A stretch of 64,000 bases of DNA from Mytilus trossulus (Eukaryota): positions 1,364,001 through 1,428,000 of the forward strand of contig NC_086378.1 of the NCBI RefSeq assembly GCF_036588685.1. The letters are read 5' to 3'. The translations under genes and the position numbers were made by a program. This document shows positions 27,104 through 41,800 of the stretch, one piece after another. Under the pieces are notes generated by a model. It saw only the letters and a program-made list of their open reading frames with translations, was not told the DNA's origin and did not search any database. Each line of letters begins with the position of its first letter. Position 1 is the stretch's first letter.

Positions 27104-29556
27104 CCCTACAGCACAAGAATAAAACGAAAATGGCAAGAACTGAAACGAACAATTAAGAAGGAAATTGAAACAGCCAAAAACAACTACGTCAACAACTTAA
27201 TATGCGCTTTCAATAGGATTCTAAACCATTTTGGAAATATATGAACAAGCAGAAGGCCACCACTTAAGCTTTACGATAATAAGACCGACCTGTCCTCCGA
27301 TATAGACCAACAGAAAGCCGAGGCATTGAAAAGGCAGATTACACCGTTGTTTTCACGTCTGAATTGTTTTACACTGATCACTTTTGGTGCCCTTACTAGC
27401 TTGCTGTGAGCCAAAGCTTCGTGTTGAAGACCGTACTTTACCTATAATGGTTTACTTTTACGAATTGTGATTTGGATTAAGAGTTGTCTCATTGGCACTC
27501 GCTTCTTATATCTATATCTTGTGCTTTTACAACACTGTCCCATGAAAGGGGGTGTGAGTGATCATTACTTGTTTAACCCTATCACATACTTTATGTGCCT
27601 ATCACAAGTCAGGAAGGAGCTTGTAGACTACTAGTTCAGTGTTTTTCATTGGTTCATGTATGTCATCTTAGTTTCGGTTTAAATGAGGCTGCTGGCTTCC
27701 TCAATCGAATTGGTTCTCTTTTACATGCTGGGCCTTTAAATAGCCAACTATACAGCACATTTTTGCTTAGAATTTAAATTCGTACAGTGGGCTATAGCTA
27801 AATATACAGCACATTTTTGCTAGGTGTTGAAATCCATACAGTGAACTATAATTGATTTCTGATCACTTCATTTCAACTCTGGTGGAATGTTGTTTCATTG
27901 GCAATCAATATATCAATCATACCACATCTTCTCAATTTCATGCGACACCGAATTTTTCTTTTCTGTTTTGAAATTGAGACTAAAACCTTGACTTTCTGCT
28001 ATCTGCAAGAGTTATTAATGGTTAGAGACAAAATCAAAATACTCATATTGTTGATTCAATTTATTTTTCGTGGGTACCAATTTTCCTGGATTAAGACCAA
28101 CCTACATGTTTGTGAATATTTAATTTCCTAGCTTTGTGGAAGTCTGCATACAAGCCTATAGAAAATTTGTTGTTTGTCAAGCAGTTAATTTTGTGGTTCA
28201 CCTGGAACAACCAAACCCATGGAAAATTGGTATCCAACGAATTATCCTGAATCTACATTATATGCCTTTATACAAATTATAACAATATTATTATGATTTT
28301 ATTTGTCAAAGTGTAAACCTGATTTTAATAACAATATCTGCCTTAAAATGAAAAAAACCCATGAACTGTATGACTCAGAAATCCTCAAACCAGGAACAGT
28401 CTAAGTGTAGCATGTAATCATTATGGTCTAAGCTAAACTATGAAAGTATAATCAGAGATCACCACAGACTATCTAAGGGGGGATCCTCCACCATTATAAC
28501 TTTTTATTACCAGCATTCTCATGTTCATTCTTAACACCAACCTTAAGTTTTGGGAAAATATGAGAAAAATTGAGAAAAATCTTTTAATCAGTTTAAAACA
28601 AATGATTATAGATACATGTATATTTAAAATTGTGTTCATGAAATGAAGATACTTAAGTCTTTTAAAAATAGATAGGGATATACCTAGTTTTGCAAAAAAA
28701 ATACAAAATTAATAAATATTTTTTGAAAGTTTGAAAATATTTTTTTTATGACCTTGTGTCCTTGAAATATTAATCTGTGGTGATTCCTGTCGACATTATT
28801 TTACAACATACTTTAGAATATGTTTTGCATAACAGTACAATAAGATACAATAATAGTTGCTTTACAGCTTATTCTACTAAAATAAAGCAACTATCATTAT
28901 CAGAAACAAAATATATATTTTACTTCTAGCATGTATACTAAAAATATAAACACAAAATAGCATCAAATACTATTATATAAAAGAAGGATATCTCAATACT
29001 CATCCAATTTATTGACCCTATATTTGAATGTCCAAGAAATTTACAATTGAAACTTACTGGCAACTAATTCACACTAGGGGATATGCAAAGAAGGAGCAAA
29101 CATGCAGAGTAAAATCCTAAAGACAATCCCCAATTTACCAAGACCCTAAAAATGCAACCTGCATTGCTTTAAAAAAACATTGTGAAATAAACAGATGGAA
29201 GTAACAGATTCCAATTCAATATTACTCTTACACTCGAAAGAACATCAGAAAAATGTATATTTAATTTTGTTTAATTTTCTCAAACTATACTTGTGTATCC
29301 TGTTTTATTCTTACATAGAACGCTATCTAATTATAGAACAGTTTATTACTTCCTAGTTGTAAGCATGTCATTATATTCTTGTAAGTTTAATAGCTAATTT
29401 TTAAATAAAGCATTTAAATAAAATAATAAATACAAAACAAAAGGTGTTTGATGATATTTGTTTTCTAGCTGCCATACCTCTCACTAAATCTCCATAACTT
29501 ACATGTTTAACACTTCTTTATAACACATTTTAACTTCCTGTTTGACCCACATCATT

Positions 29557-29739
29557 CATACCCATAGCCAGGGGGGTTCGGAGATTCGGACGACCCCCCC
29601 CCCCCCTTGAAAACAAAGAAGCACTGTTAAAGTCAACATTCTGTTCGAATTGTGACTGTTAAAGTCGATTTCCAAATAGCCCAAATAGCCCCCCCCCCCC
29701 CCCCCCCCCCCCCCTTGTAAATTCCTGGCTACGGGCCTG
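29557..29739. mobile_element. GC-rich MITE with poly-C tracts
   Basis: Imperfect TIR catacccatagccagg / cctggctacgggcctg, with a 5-bp tcatt duplication on both sides. Confidence 0.5.
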
Positions 29740-31343
29740 TCATTTGCTGTATAAAATTAATAAATTAATCAGCAGCCAACTGAAATTTATATTTAGTATC
29801 CATGTGTCCTGTTTAAGACATCAATCAAAAGTAGATATCAACACTACACATATTTAATTTTTTTTTTTCTAAGAGTGAAAACTTCAAAGGGAGATAATTT
29901 TCTAAGAGTTAAAAATTTCAAAGGGAGATAACTATATCAGAAAGCTTTTTAAATGAAGATCTGTAGAATAGGAATTATACAGAATAAATTATTCTCTGTG
30001 AAGTGTTTTGAAAGAATTTGATATGATGACCCCTTATTTCCTATATTTTTCTGACTGAATGCATAACCAATGTTTACCTCATTACCTTTAACGTACACAA
30101 ATTATTTTGATATATAATTATTAAGAGTAGAGTTGTTTGTTGTATAGAATACTTTATTGTTGAAAAGATCATTATCCTGAACAAGTTCAGAGTAAAGCTG
30201 AAACATAGCCATCAATGTGACCAAAATAAAACCATCTGCATATACTTTTGTTGTTGTTAAGTAACCATAATGAAGAACAGATACTAGCAACTTCCTCTTC
30301 TTCTTCTGCAATTCTCTCCTGTCTAGGAGCACTTGAATGAGACTGATAAATAAGTATATTTATCATGAATTATGACTTTCATATTATGACTGTATATGCA
30401 TGATATATAAAAGCCCGTCTATACACTTTTTTTATTTCCTTCAGGAAGAGACAATATTTTCTAAACTCCTTGAAAGTATAAAAATTATTAAAAAAAAAAC
30501 TTCTTCAAAACAGCAAAACAAATTTGAACAAAGTGGAAAATGGTTTATAACTGACTTTATAGAGACATTTTCCATAGGAAACTGAAACATCTACAAACTT
30601 AATACTTATTTATAACTTTTAAGTGTAAACATATTATAAACATATTAGAATGCGTGAACATCACATTCAAGTAATATTTGCCCTTTTTCTCAATATCTGT
30701 ATCAGGGACTCATTTCACAAAAAATCTTACACTTAAATTTATAGTTTTTAAAATTATTTGTGAAAAAAACTGAAGAAGAGCATATGAACCTTGACCTGAC
30801 TGCTTGACTGTCTAATGTTAAAAATAAATTTCCTTGATTTTGTGGTTAGTCAAAACAACAAATAATGTCTAACAAAATACATTATTTCCATTAAATCATT
30901 TTCAATGAAAACCCTGTGTTTAAAAAGCAATGAACAAAAAAAAAAATCAAATCAAATCAACAAATATGTGTATTATTTTTTAAGAATTGAACATAATACA
31001 GTGCAACAAATGCTGACTTGCATTTTCCAGATAACATTATTAGTACAGTAGTTTATTTACTTTTTTTTTTTAACTCAACTTCCATGATGTTGAACTACTG
31101 ACTTAAGTAAATAACATATTTCATAGACAATTTGACTCTACCAAATACATCAAGGTTTACTAAAAGAAAAATTTATTTAGTACCTTTTCTTTTATGTATT
31201 TCATTATCACTGGTGCAAGGTATAAAATTTACAAGCCAAGACAGAAAGAAAACAAAAAATAAATAAAACATGCAGGTTATATATAACTGAATAAGAGCTC
31301 ATCTACATAGTATGAATAATGACAATGATTAATGGATGCCTTC

Positions 31344-31606
31344 AAGGTGGTACCTAACACTACAGGGAGATAACTCTGTAAAATCAGCTTAACGTTTTAA
31401 TGACGTCTTGTTGTTATGGGAATATTAGGCTTCTCAATGATCAAAATTAGTGTTTGTCAAACTGCTATATAACCAGTGTATTTTTTCTGATAAAATGGTT
31501 GGTTCAAATTTTTTGTCAAAGGGTCATAGTAAATATATTTTATCAACTTTTTTTTTGAAATTAAAAGAGACAAATTAATTTTAGTGAAGGGGTTGGGTAC
31601 CACCTT
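31344..31606. mobile_element. MITE
   Basis: TIR aaggtggtacctaac / gttgggtaccacctt. Confidence 0.6.
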
Positions 31607-32685
31607 ATAAGTAAAATTTAGGTAAAACAAAATTCAAAGTGAGAGTATATTTCAAACATAATGGACAGGTAGTTGTTTGTTTAATGTCCAGTGACAAATA
31701 TCTCAGACATATTTTGAATGAATTTTATATTTCAGTTTGATAAAATGTATTTATAAATTAACCCTTGTCAATATTAAACTCACATAAACTAAATTTTGTA
31801 TTAATATACTATTTTTTCTTCTTATGATGGTTTCCTTGTAATAAAGTACTGACCTATTTCCATAAAGATGGTTCTATCATTATATCTTATAATAAACAAA
31901 CAAGTAACACTTTGAATGATAAGTTCATCATGTTCATAGTATAAATGATCTTAAGCTTATTACTTCAGCATTAGATCATTCATGGTACCTTTCCCTTTAT
32001 AAAGTTTATAAAAAATCCATTAAAAAAACAAAGGTAAAGTGATTATCACTAAACAGGTAGATAGATTGAAGAAATGATTGCTACAAATAGAAATAAGGGA
32101 ATACTTTTAAACTACTGGCTTTAGGTATGAACACATTTTTTAAATGATATATATAATTTCTTCTTAAAATTCAAAGCTGATGCAGATTAAACCTTTCTTA
32201 AATAATATAAATGTAAAAAAATATGAAGCTGTGGTCAGGGACAAGTGCTTAGTTTTAAAACAGTCAAACAAAAGATTTTATACCAAACCTATAGATGGCT
32301 TTTATCTTACAAAAACAGTGGAAAATAAAATCAGGATACTTTTCCCTTAAAAATCTATTGATGAAACTTCCTGACTTTCAAAACCATATTCCAGAAATAA
32401 CATGTTCATTCAAAAATACATTATGCCTTATAAATTAAAAAAATAAAGAAATCTACTACTAAAACTGTCAAAAGCAATCTTAATATGAGCACCAGTGAAT
32501 CTATATATAAAACATCTTTTGAGATTTCTTGTAATAAAAGAAAATATTTGATATTATCTATAATAAAAAATACATGCGCGTAAAGCAGACAAAACTCTCG
32601 TTTGTCACAGAGTATAAAACTGTAAGTCCTACCATTTGAGGTTAGTCAGACTATTTATAACCAAAATATTAACCCCTGATATACC

Positions 32686-32890
32686 TTATCCCTTATCATG
32701 ACCTAAATAATATGTGTAAATAAGAAATCCACCAATCAAAAGTGTCAGTCCAGTCAGTCCTATAGCTACAGGTTTTAAATATGATTTTCGCTTTTTTGAA
32801 AGTTCACTGTCCCGTAATTTATCTTTCATTTTTCTGACTTGCTCTTCTGTTTTCTTCTTTCTGTCTTCTCTATTTCTTCTCCTGAGTTCA
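32686..32890 (-). CDS. PTPN1/PTPN2: PTP exon 9, basic region plus hydrophobic tail anchor ([14 protein letters not shown]...[36 protein letters not shown])
   Basis: Closely resembles the TC-PTP (TC48) C-terminus LRKRIREDRK...RKRK plus TM segment. Phase-2 acceptor matches exon 8. TAA at 32686-32688. Confidence 0.88.
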
Positions 32891-35800
32891 CTACAATTTA
32901 ATTAACAGTTATTAACAGAATATCAAGTTATTCTTATCAGAAGTCAACCCATCAAAGACCCAGTGAAACCTAAATTGTTAAATCATCAAACAAATGAAAA
33001 AAAGATGACACAGCCATCACATGATATCTTAATGGCACACTGACAAGAATGCAAAAACAATTAAAGCTTATCGGACCTAAGCTCATTACAAATTCATCCT
33101 TTCATATGGAAAATACTATTTTACAATTTTGAGACAATGCAAGGGACACAACTAAATGTTATATGAAATAAAAGTGAACAAATAAATTCATCTCCAATTC
33201 ATTGTACATAGTAATATTAATTTTAAGAACAGCATTCAAATGTTATCTTACATGAGGTCAATTTGAAACCCTAGGGCTATAACTTAGTCTGGTGAGGTGG
33301 ACCCTGTTTGTAGTGACTTATGCTTAACTTCCATATCATTTCAACCCCTAATAAGTCTGCCAATATAGACTGTTTAGAAATATTGTAAAATACATAGATT
33401 ATAGTTATATAAAGGTAAAAGGTCCTACTTTAATTATCACCAAGAAACATATGAACACTATAAAACACTCATAAACTAATGAGTCATACTAAAACCATAA
33501 AACTGATGTCCCAAATAAAAAGTAATTTCAAAGTATTGTTTCAAGGTACAAATAAAATCAATTATGAAGATATTTAGGATCTTGCTTTTTTTTAAGGTTG
33601 TAGAGTTACTTTCTCTGAATTGTGTTTAGTACATACCTGGTACCACTAACTGATTCTTTTGAGTTCAAACCTTCCATAGTATCCACTGAATTCTGGAAAC
33701 CAGTTCTTGGAGGAAGCGGTGGGGGTTCATTTCTATGTGGCAAACTTTCCACTCGAGTCGGTGGTTTAGGAGGAGCTTCATCATCTGAAGATTTCTACAA
33801 GATAGTTAATATAACTTTTCATATTTTTTTTTATAACATTTTTTTCATTTTTGTAATTTCTTTTACAATTTGTTTTCTAATTGAAAATTTTCTCATATAT
33901 TTTTTAAACACAGATCATACCAAATCTTTACCACTTATTTTTGTGAACGTCATGTTTCTATTTTAAAATTTACTTCCTTCAGTAACATGCTTTATTAAAA
34001 AAAATCTTTTGTTACTCTGTTCTGTTTGAATCAAGTTATTGTAAATTTATAAATATAGACAAATATACATCTTAATCTTCTGAACTTTAAATCAAATCTG
34101 ATAAGGTATTATGCATGATAATTGTTAAAACAACATTTGAATACAGATTTATTAGAATACCTTTCGTTTTTTTAAATTAAAACCCAACCAGATGCTCCGC
34201 AGGGCGTAGCTTTATACAACCGCAGAGGTTGAACCCTAAACGGTTGGGGCAAGTATGGACACAACATTCAAGCTGGATTCAGCTCTAAATTTGGATTGTG
34301 ATTAAATAGTTGACACAGCATAGGTTTCTGACACAGAATGAATGTGTTCTAATGAACTTAATTTTTTTGTTTTCGCTTACAGTAATTCACTATGCTGTTG
34401 AATATTAATCCTCTCAAAAAAATGTTTGAAGAAATTTTCTTTTTATTTATGAAATTTCAAATGAGAAAATTGAACCCATTTTTTTTAATCACATCCCCCT
34501 TTCCCTTATTCCAAAACTAATCTCAATTAAAATTTCTAATGGAGTTTGCAACAATAACTACTCATTTAAATACATCATAAAATATTAAGATGTTAAAAAA
34601 CTGCTTGTTATCACTGAATGGTAAAGATTATTTTAATTTATCAGTTGGAAGTAAAAAGTGAATATACATTGTATATTGTATATAACAAAGATTTAAGTTG
34701 ATTTTGGACAAAGAAAGATAACTCCAATTATAAAAATTCTTGCAATTGCACAATATTGGGCAATTAGATATTTCTTGCTTACTATTCTGGACAAAGAAAG
34801 ATAACTCTAATTTAAAAAAAAATGCTATTTCACAATAGTGTGAAATTAGATATTTCTTGCCATTGCGCAATACTGTGCAATTGAAAAGACTTGCTATTGC
34901 ACAATACTTAATATAATAATTTTAGATCCTGATTCGGACCAACTTGAAAACTGGGCCCATAATCAAAAATCTAAGTACATGCTTGGATTCAGCATATCAA
35001 AGAACCCCAAGATTTCAATTTTTGTTAAAATCAAACTAAGTTTAATTTTGAACCCTTTGGACTTTAATGTAGACCAATTTGAAAACAAGACCAAAAATGA
35101 AGAATCTACATACACAGTTAGATTTGGCATATCAAAGAACCCCATTTATTCAATTTTTGATGAAATGAAACAAAGTTTAATTTTGGACCCCGATTTGGAC
35201 CAACTTGAAAACTGGGCCAATAATCAAGAATCTAAGTACATTTTTAGATTCAGCATATCAAAGAACCCAACCGATTCATTTTTTGTCAAAATCAAACTAA
35301 GTTTAATTTTGGACCCTTTGGACCTTAATGTAGACCAATTTGAAAACGGGACCAAAAGTTAAGAATCTACATACACAGTTAGATTCGGCATATCAAAGAA
35401 CCCCAATTATTCAATTATGATGAAATCAAACAAAGTTTAATTTTGGACCCTTTGGGCCCCTTATTCCTAAACTGTTGGGACCAAAACTCCTAAAATCAAT
35501 ACCAACCTTCCTTTTATTGTCATAAACCTTGTGTTTAAATTTCATAGATTTCTATTTACTTATACCAACGTTATGGTGCGAAAACCAAGAAAAATGCTTT
35601 TTTGGGTCCCTTTTTGGCCCCTAATTCCTAAACTGTTGGGACCTAAACTCCCAAAATCAATACCAACCTTCCTTTTGTGGTCCTAAACATTGTGTTTAAA
35701 TTTCATTGATTTCTATTAACTTAAACTTAAGTTATTGTGCGAAAACCAAGAATAATGCTTATTTGGGCCCTTTTTTGGCCCCTAATTCAGAAAATGTTGA

Positions 35801-38800
35801 AATCAAAACTCCAAAAATCAATCCCAACCTTTCTTTTGTGGTCATAAACATTGTGTCAAAATTTCATAGATTTCTATTAACTTAAACTACAGTAATAGTG
35901 CGAAAACCAAGAAAATGCTTATTTGGGCCCTTTTTGGCCCCTAATTCCTAAAATGTTGGGACCAAAACTCCCAAAATCATTACCAACCTTTCTTTTGTGG
36001 TCATAAACCTTGTGTTAAAATTTCATAGATTTCTATTCACTTTTACTAAAGTTAGAGTGCGAAAACTAAAAGTATTCGGAGGACGACGACGACGCCAACG
36101 CCAACGTGATAGCAATATACGACGAAATTGTTTTCAAATTTTGCGGTCGTATAAAAAGGGTAGGGGGAGTCTGTTCTTCGACCATATAGAGATAATACCT
36201 TTCGTTTTTTAAAATTAAAACCCAAAAAGGGGGAGGGATCTGTTCTTGGACCATATAGAGATGTGTTTTTCATCTGATCATAAAGGGTTTGAACTGGTTT
36301 TTAATCAAACCTTTATTAGTATTGCTTAGGCTAAAATGTTAAGATGTTTAAAGGTTGGGAAGCAGTATTTATATTCAATTAGTGTCTGTATAAATCATAA
36401 AACAGATAAAATAGCAGGTAAACTTCCTTGAAGAGATACTCAGTCACTGTATTGAAATTAACAAATAACAATTAGATATAAAATTCAATATTTGTCATGA
36501 ACAATTTATGTATCCCTATTCAAGTCTAAGCTTCAAAGGAAAAATGAATGACAGGATCATGAATGCACCACAAAAAAAAATAAGACTGAATTCTGGAACG
36601 ACTTCTCAGAAATTTGTCAAAATTGAAAGGTAGCTAGTCTTCAAGGAACTTATGTATAATTAAGATTGTGTCAAAATTTGGTAAGGAGTTGCAAAAGCAT
36701 ATGTAAGTAATGACTCTACTTACTCAGACAGAGGGACAGATGGATAGTGAAAAACCATCATGCACCTGTCTTCAAATGCAACTGGCTTTAAATGAAAAGT
36801 TCTCTCCCTTACATCTGAATATGTGAGATTAAGCAGAGAGAGTTCATCTAAAATTGAATTACTGTAAATTCAGAAATTATTTAATATAAAAAAAAGATGT
36901 GGTTTGATTGCCAATGAGACAACTCTCAACAGGAGATCAAAATGGCATGGAAAATAACAACTATAGGTCATCATATGGCCTTGCATTTATTATCTGGAAA
37001 AAAGAGAAAAATCTGCATACACATGTATGCATCAGATATCAGAAGGTGAGTTCTTATTATTGCGATACTCACCAAATCGTATTATTCGCAATAACTTCTG
37101 AACTAACAGTAAATAGCTGAAGCAATGGATACTGTAAACCAATTTATTTTCCCGGATACTTTATTTCCGGTTTATGCCAAGCTAGTCAACTTCGCGGTGA
37201 TTAAATTCGTAATTTTCTTATTTACTTAATGTAGTTTGATAGGGAAAGATCCAAGTTATTCCTTTTCGTGACGATTTAATTTCGCGTTATTTTTCTACTC
37301 GTGAAAGTCAAGAAAGTAAATAGCTCGCAGAATTTAGTTGGTTTACAGTAATCAAATTACAACGTTTGTTGTCAATCTTACCTCTTCTTCTTCTAAGTAA
37401 CTTGACAGTACGTCCATTGTAGATATCTGTTCTTTATTCAATAACCTTCTCCCTCCTTCTATTATGGCAAGATAAGAAAATCGTAACTGATCAGCCGTCT
37501 GTATAAGTCCCATTCTATAATATCTCATGTCTAACACCATCTTACGTATATCTATACCATTCATATGTTCTTGATTTTCAATCTAAATAAATGTTATATT
37601 TCTTTTAGTCATCTTTTCTACTAACATGCATGCTATTTTACAGTGTGTTTTTTATGTTGTGATGTTACACTATATTTTCAGATAAGGGTGAAGGTTTGTT
37701 ACCATTAAAACATTTAAAACTGCTGCAATTGTATGCACCTGTCCTAAGTCAGGAATCTGATGTAGTTTTCGTTTGTTGATGTGGTTCATAAGTATTTTTT
37801 ATTTCTAGTTTTTTGTATAGATTACCCAGTAGACTTGATTTTCCTGTTTGAATGGTTTTTGATGAGTAATTTTGTGGGCCCTCTTTAGCTTGCTGTTTGG
37901 TGTGATTGAAGGCTCTGCGTAAGGACTGTATTTTGACCAATAATGGTTTACTTTTACAAATTGCGACTTGGATGGATAGTTGTCACATTGGCACTCATAC
38001 TACATCTTCTTATACACAGGCAATTTTTTCCAACATGTGTTTCATGTTTGTGCTCATCACGTGTGACCAACGTTTTGTTCACATTGTGCTCATAATGTGA
38101 ATATTACGTTTCTGCTCGTTTCATGTTGTACTCACGTTGTGTGGACAACATGAATATCACGTGATTCTCATATTAAAATCACGTTGGAAAATATTGCCTG
38201 TGTATCTAAGTCACTGATGTATGATCTTGATCATAGCTATTATTTCAGACAATAATTTGACCTTAGCTCCATTTCATAATACAAAGTTTGCAATGGTTCA
38301 AAAGTCAAACTGATCACATTATTACCTATGACAAACTATTTGTGTGTGTCCACACTGTTCAGATAGTAATATATGTATCTACAGATTTGATAAAACTGAA
38401 TTGATCCATCTAATCATACTCACTATAACAAGTACAGAGTCAACCAAGCAGAAAGTTCCAGATCGACCAATTCCAGCGCTACAGTGTACAATACAGGGTC
38501 CTGAATCAGGCTCTAAACCACCAGATTCTCGTACAGCCATTAGAAAGTTCAGAAATGCTGTCGGTGAAGTAGGCACGCCAAAATCTGGCCATGTGACATA
38601 ATTAAAATGTAAAATTTCTCTTGTTTCATTTGTCTAAAAAATAAATTTAACATTTTTTGACCCAGTAAAACATGGGTGCATTACATAGTCTTCTAAAAGG
38701 TAGAGAAATTAAGTTTTTCTTGCTGATATAAATCTTGTCAACACTCAGTGAACACTGAAAACAATTACCACAAAAGCCTTATTTGTTTTTAGTTGTATAT

Positions 38801-41800
38801 TAATATAACTGAATACTAGGGGGAAAATAGCTTGAGACCAATAAATAATAGTCGATGTGTACACTGTGAACACATTCATTTATTCATTTGTATTGTTTAA
38901 TCATTTATCTTTTATGACCCTTATGATCATCAAGTACTTTTACTATTTATCTGATACATTAACAATTTTATGGAGTCTATGATGTTTTATAAAGCATGTA
39001 AATGTCAAAAAGAATCCACTTTCTTGCAGATGATGAACAAAAATACTAGAAAATATAATATTCTGATCTTTTAAACCAATTTCTGTTAAAAAGCACTTTC
39101 CCAACCTCATCATAATAATCCTCATTTTCTTTGGAGACAGAGAATTACACTACTTTTATGTTTTTTTCATATTTAAGACGTCTTAACTTTTTCATATTAG
39201 TTCGTTGAAATAAGAAATGAAATTGATACTTTTAAAAGTTAAAATATTTATTATCAAAACTTAAAACAATATTAAAAGAAAAACATGGATATGGGGTATC
39301 CATCCATGACTCCAAAACAGTTCATACACAGCAAGAAAAAAAAAAAAAAAGCAAACAAAAAGCAAAGGAATGACACTTTTATTGATGTTCTTAATTTCAA
39401 TGTCACAGTGAGGACAACACGGAGTAAAAAATACTCTCACCTAACTGCAAGATTAAGATGGCCCCTAAGTCAATTACAAGAATGCTAAAATTTATTCACT
39501 TCAACTCGCCATGGTCTTACTCACCTGCATATCTTCAATCTCTAACGTCCTGACTATATAGTAGTTACACGATCTTTCCTCTAATAATGTTATCTTTAAC
39601 TGTACATCTTCATAAACCATTTCTTCATCATCACCATAATTCTCACCTAATGGCCAATACTGATGACATTTTCTCTGAAAAATTAATGTTAAAAGTTGGT
39701 TTATTAACTGTCTATTTTTGCAAGCTTTGCTCAAGATAAATTGTATAAAATTAATATGCATGACTTTTTGGTCAAATTTCAACCAGACATTTTTAAAAAG
39801 ATTTTTAAAACCAAATATTTCTCATCTTTTAAAGAAAAAAAGTTTTTTATATTTAAAAATTCTAATATATATGTTTTGATTGCACTGATGTGTTTGAATG
39901 TACGTTTTATATTTTATGTCGCCTGTGGAAATGTCATAATTAAATATGTGTAAATAACTGTTTTATTTATGTGCCCTATTTTGAATAGTTGATGTGAAAA
40001 GTGCCCTTTTTGTAAAAAAAAAAATACCATGCCCTTATTCAGTTCTAATGAATTATTGTTTTAAATTTCAACCAGAAAGAGACTGTGATGGACATGGAAG
40101 AAATTACATCAGCTGGAATGTGCATACACCATTCTGAAGTTTTCTGAAAGGACATTTGGTCAAGTATAGCAGTGTTCTCCCCAGGATTTTTTGGATAGCG
40201 CTGTGGTAAGAGCGTAATTTTCGACAATTCTCAGTAACTTTATCGCGGCGTGCGGTTTGTTTGTTATCAATTTGTTATGTGTTTTTATTATATCATGCTG
40301 TTGATGTTTCCTCTTGTTATGATGTCCTTGTCATGCTCATGGAAGTTTACCCCTTAATGAGGCTTTGTTTGTTAAATGACATGTCATTGTCTGGATATAG
40401 AAGAAGAGTTTTTTTTTCTCCATTGTAAATTCATATATTAAATCCTCATACTATCTATGTATAAAACTGAAGGAGAAGTCTTTTTTCCATGATGGATCTT
40501 CACCAGACTGCCTGTGCCAAGATTTCTTAGCACTTTCAGGTAATGTTGCAGAACATGTAGGACCAACAATAAAGTCATTGTCAGTTTCTGTTTGGTTTTG
40601 TAACCAACTGTAGCAGTGTACTGTTTATCTTACGACGTTTGACAGGAATTGACATTTTTTAGCATAAAAAGTTCTCATTTTTATGACCTATATTTAAATA
40701 GCTTTATCCAAGCTGGACATCGAGAAAGTAAATTTCTCAAGTCGTATCAGCTTGAGGTTTGTTTTTCTAATCATATCCTCTCAAATTGTTATCAAATGGT
40801 AGAATTTCTGACTAAACAATTATAAGTTCGAATAGGGGATAATTAATAACTTAAAGACTTGCTCATTTTCGGGGTTTGTATGGATAGTAAACCTGTCAAA
40901 TAATTTGGAACAAACCCCTGTGTAAGCTGTGTTTGATCGTTTTTAAAATCAAAGTTTGTTCAAAGTTCATTAAACAAGTTTGTAAGTGACGTCAGGAAAT
41001 GCGGTCAATTCAATTCATTTCATCTCATTCATATATGCCTCTATATTTTCTTTAAATTAAAAAAATAGATGTCAATGTTGAAATCTTTGTTTATTTTGAT
41101 CTGTCAAATACGCCATTTTGTAAAATTCATTATAATAATAATAATAATAAATTCTTTATTTAAAGAGGGTAAACTCAGTTAGTTACAATAAACTAATCTT
41201 CCCTGAACTGGTATTAGACAGGTCCCGTGGAGTTACTTTAACAAAACGGAAATAATTCATTCAAAAATTGTAAACCAGTCAATCACGTGATCCCAAAGTG
41301 AAAAATAAGCGGGAAATTTGAAAAATACAAAAAAAAAATATAGCGACGCGATTGCATTGGATAGCGACGCGGTCATTGCAATAGGACAGCGGGGAATTGC
41401 AATAGCACTGAAAAGCACTGTGCTAAAATGGCTTTGGGAGAACACTGCAAGTAAAGATCCCTTCAATAAATTTTAAACCAGAAAATTGGAAACAGGGTCA
41501 AGACATTAAGTCAATTAGACGTTGAGGTTTGAACTTACAGAACCACTTTCTATGACTTTGTTTAACATAACTACAGCTTTACTTTTCTGTTCCCAAACCA
41601 TCTGCCAAAAATGTCCTGAGGTGTGTTCTAATGGACCCTGAAAGTATAAAATAATTATAAGGTCCAGACCATCTAACACAAATTTACTGATGCATGATCT
41701 AATGGACCCTGAAAATATACAAAAAACTTAAGGTCCAAAACATCTGCTAGAAATGTAATAATGCATGACCAAATGGACCAAGAAGAGAAAATAAAAATAA

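Noticed and set aside
34979-35362. 127-aa repetitive ORF
   Set aside because: Lies in the internal tandem array of a non-autonomous element within PTP intron 7.
34157-36225. ~30-bp direct repeat flanking the 2-kb element as a long TSD
   Set aside because: Better explained as a pre-existing ~70-bp tandem duplication into whose A run the element inserted.
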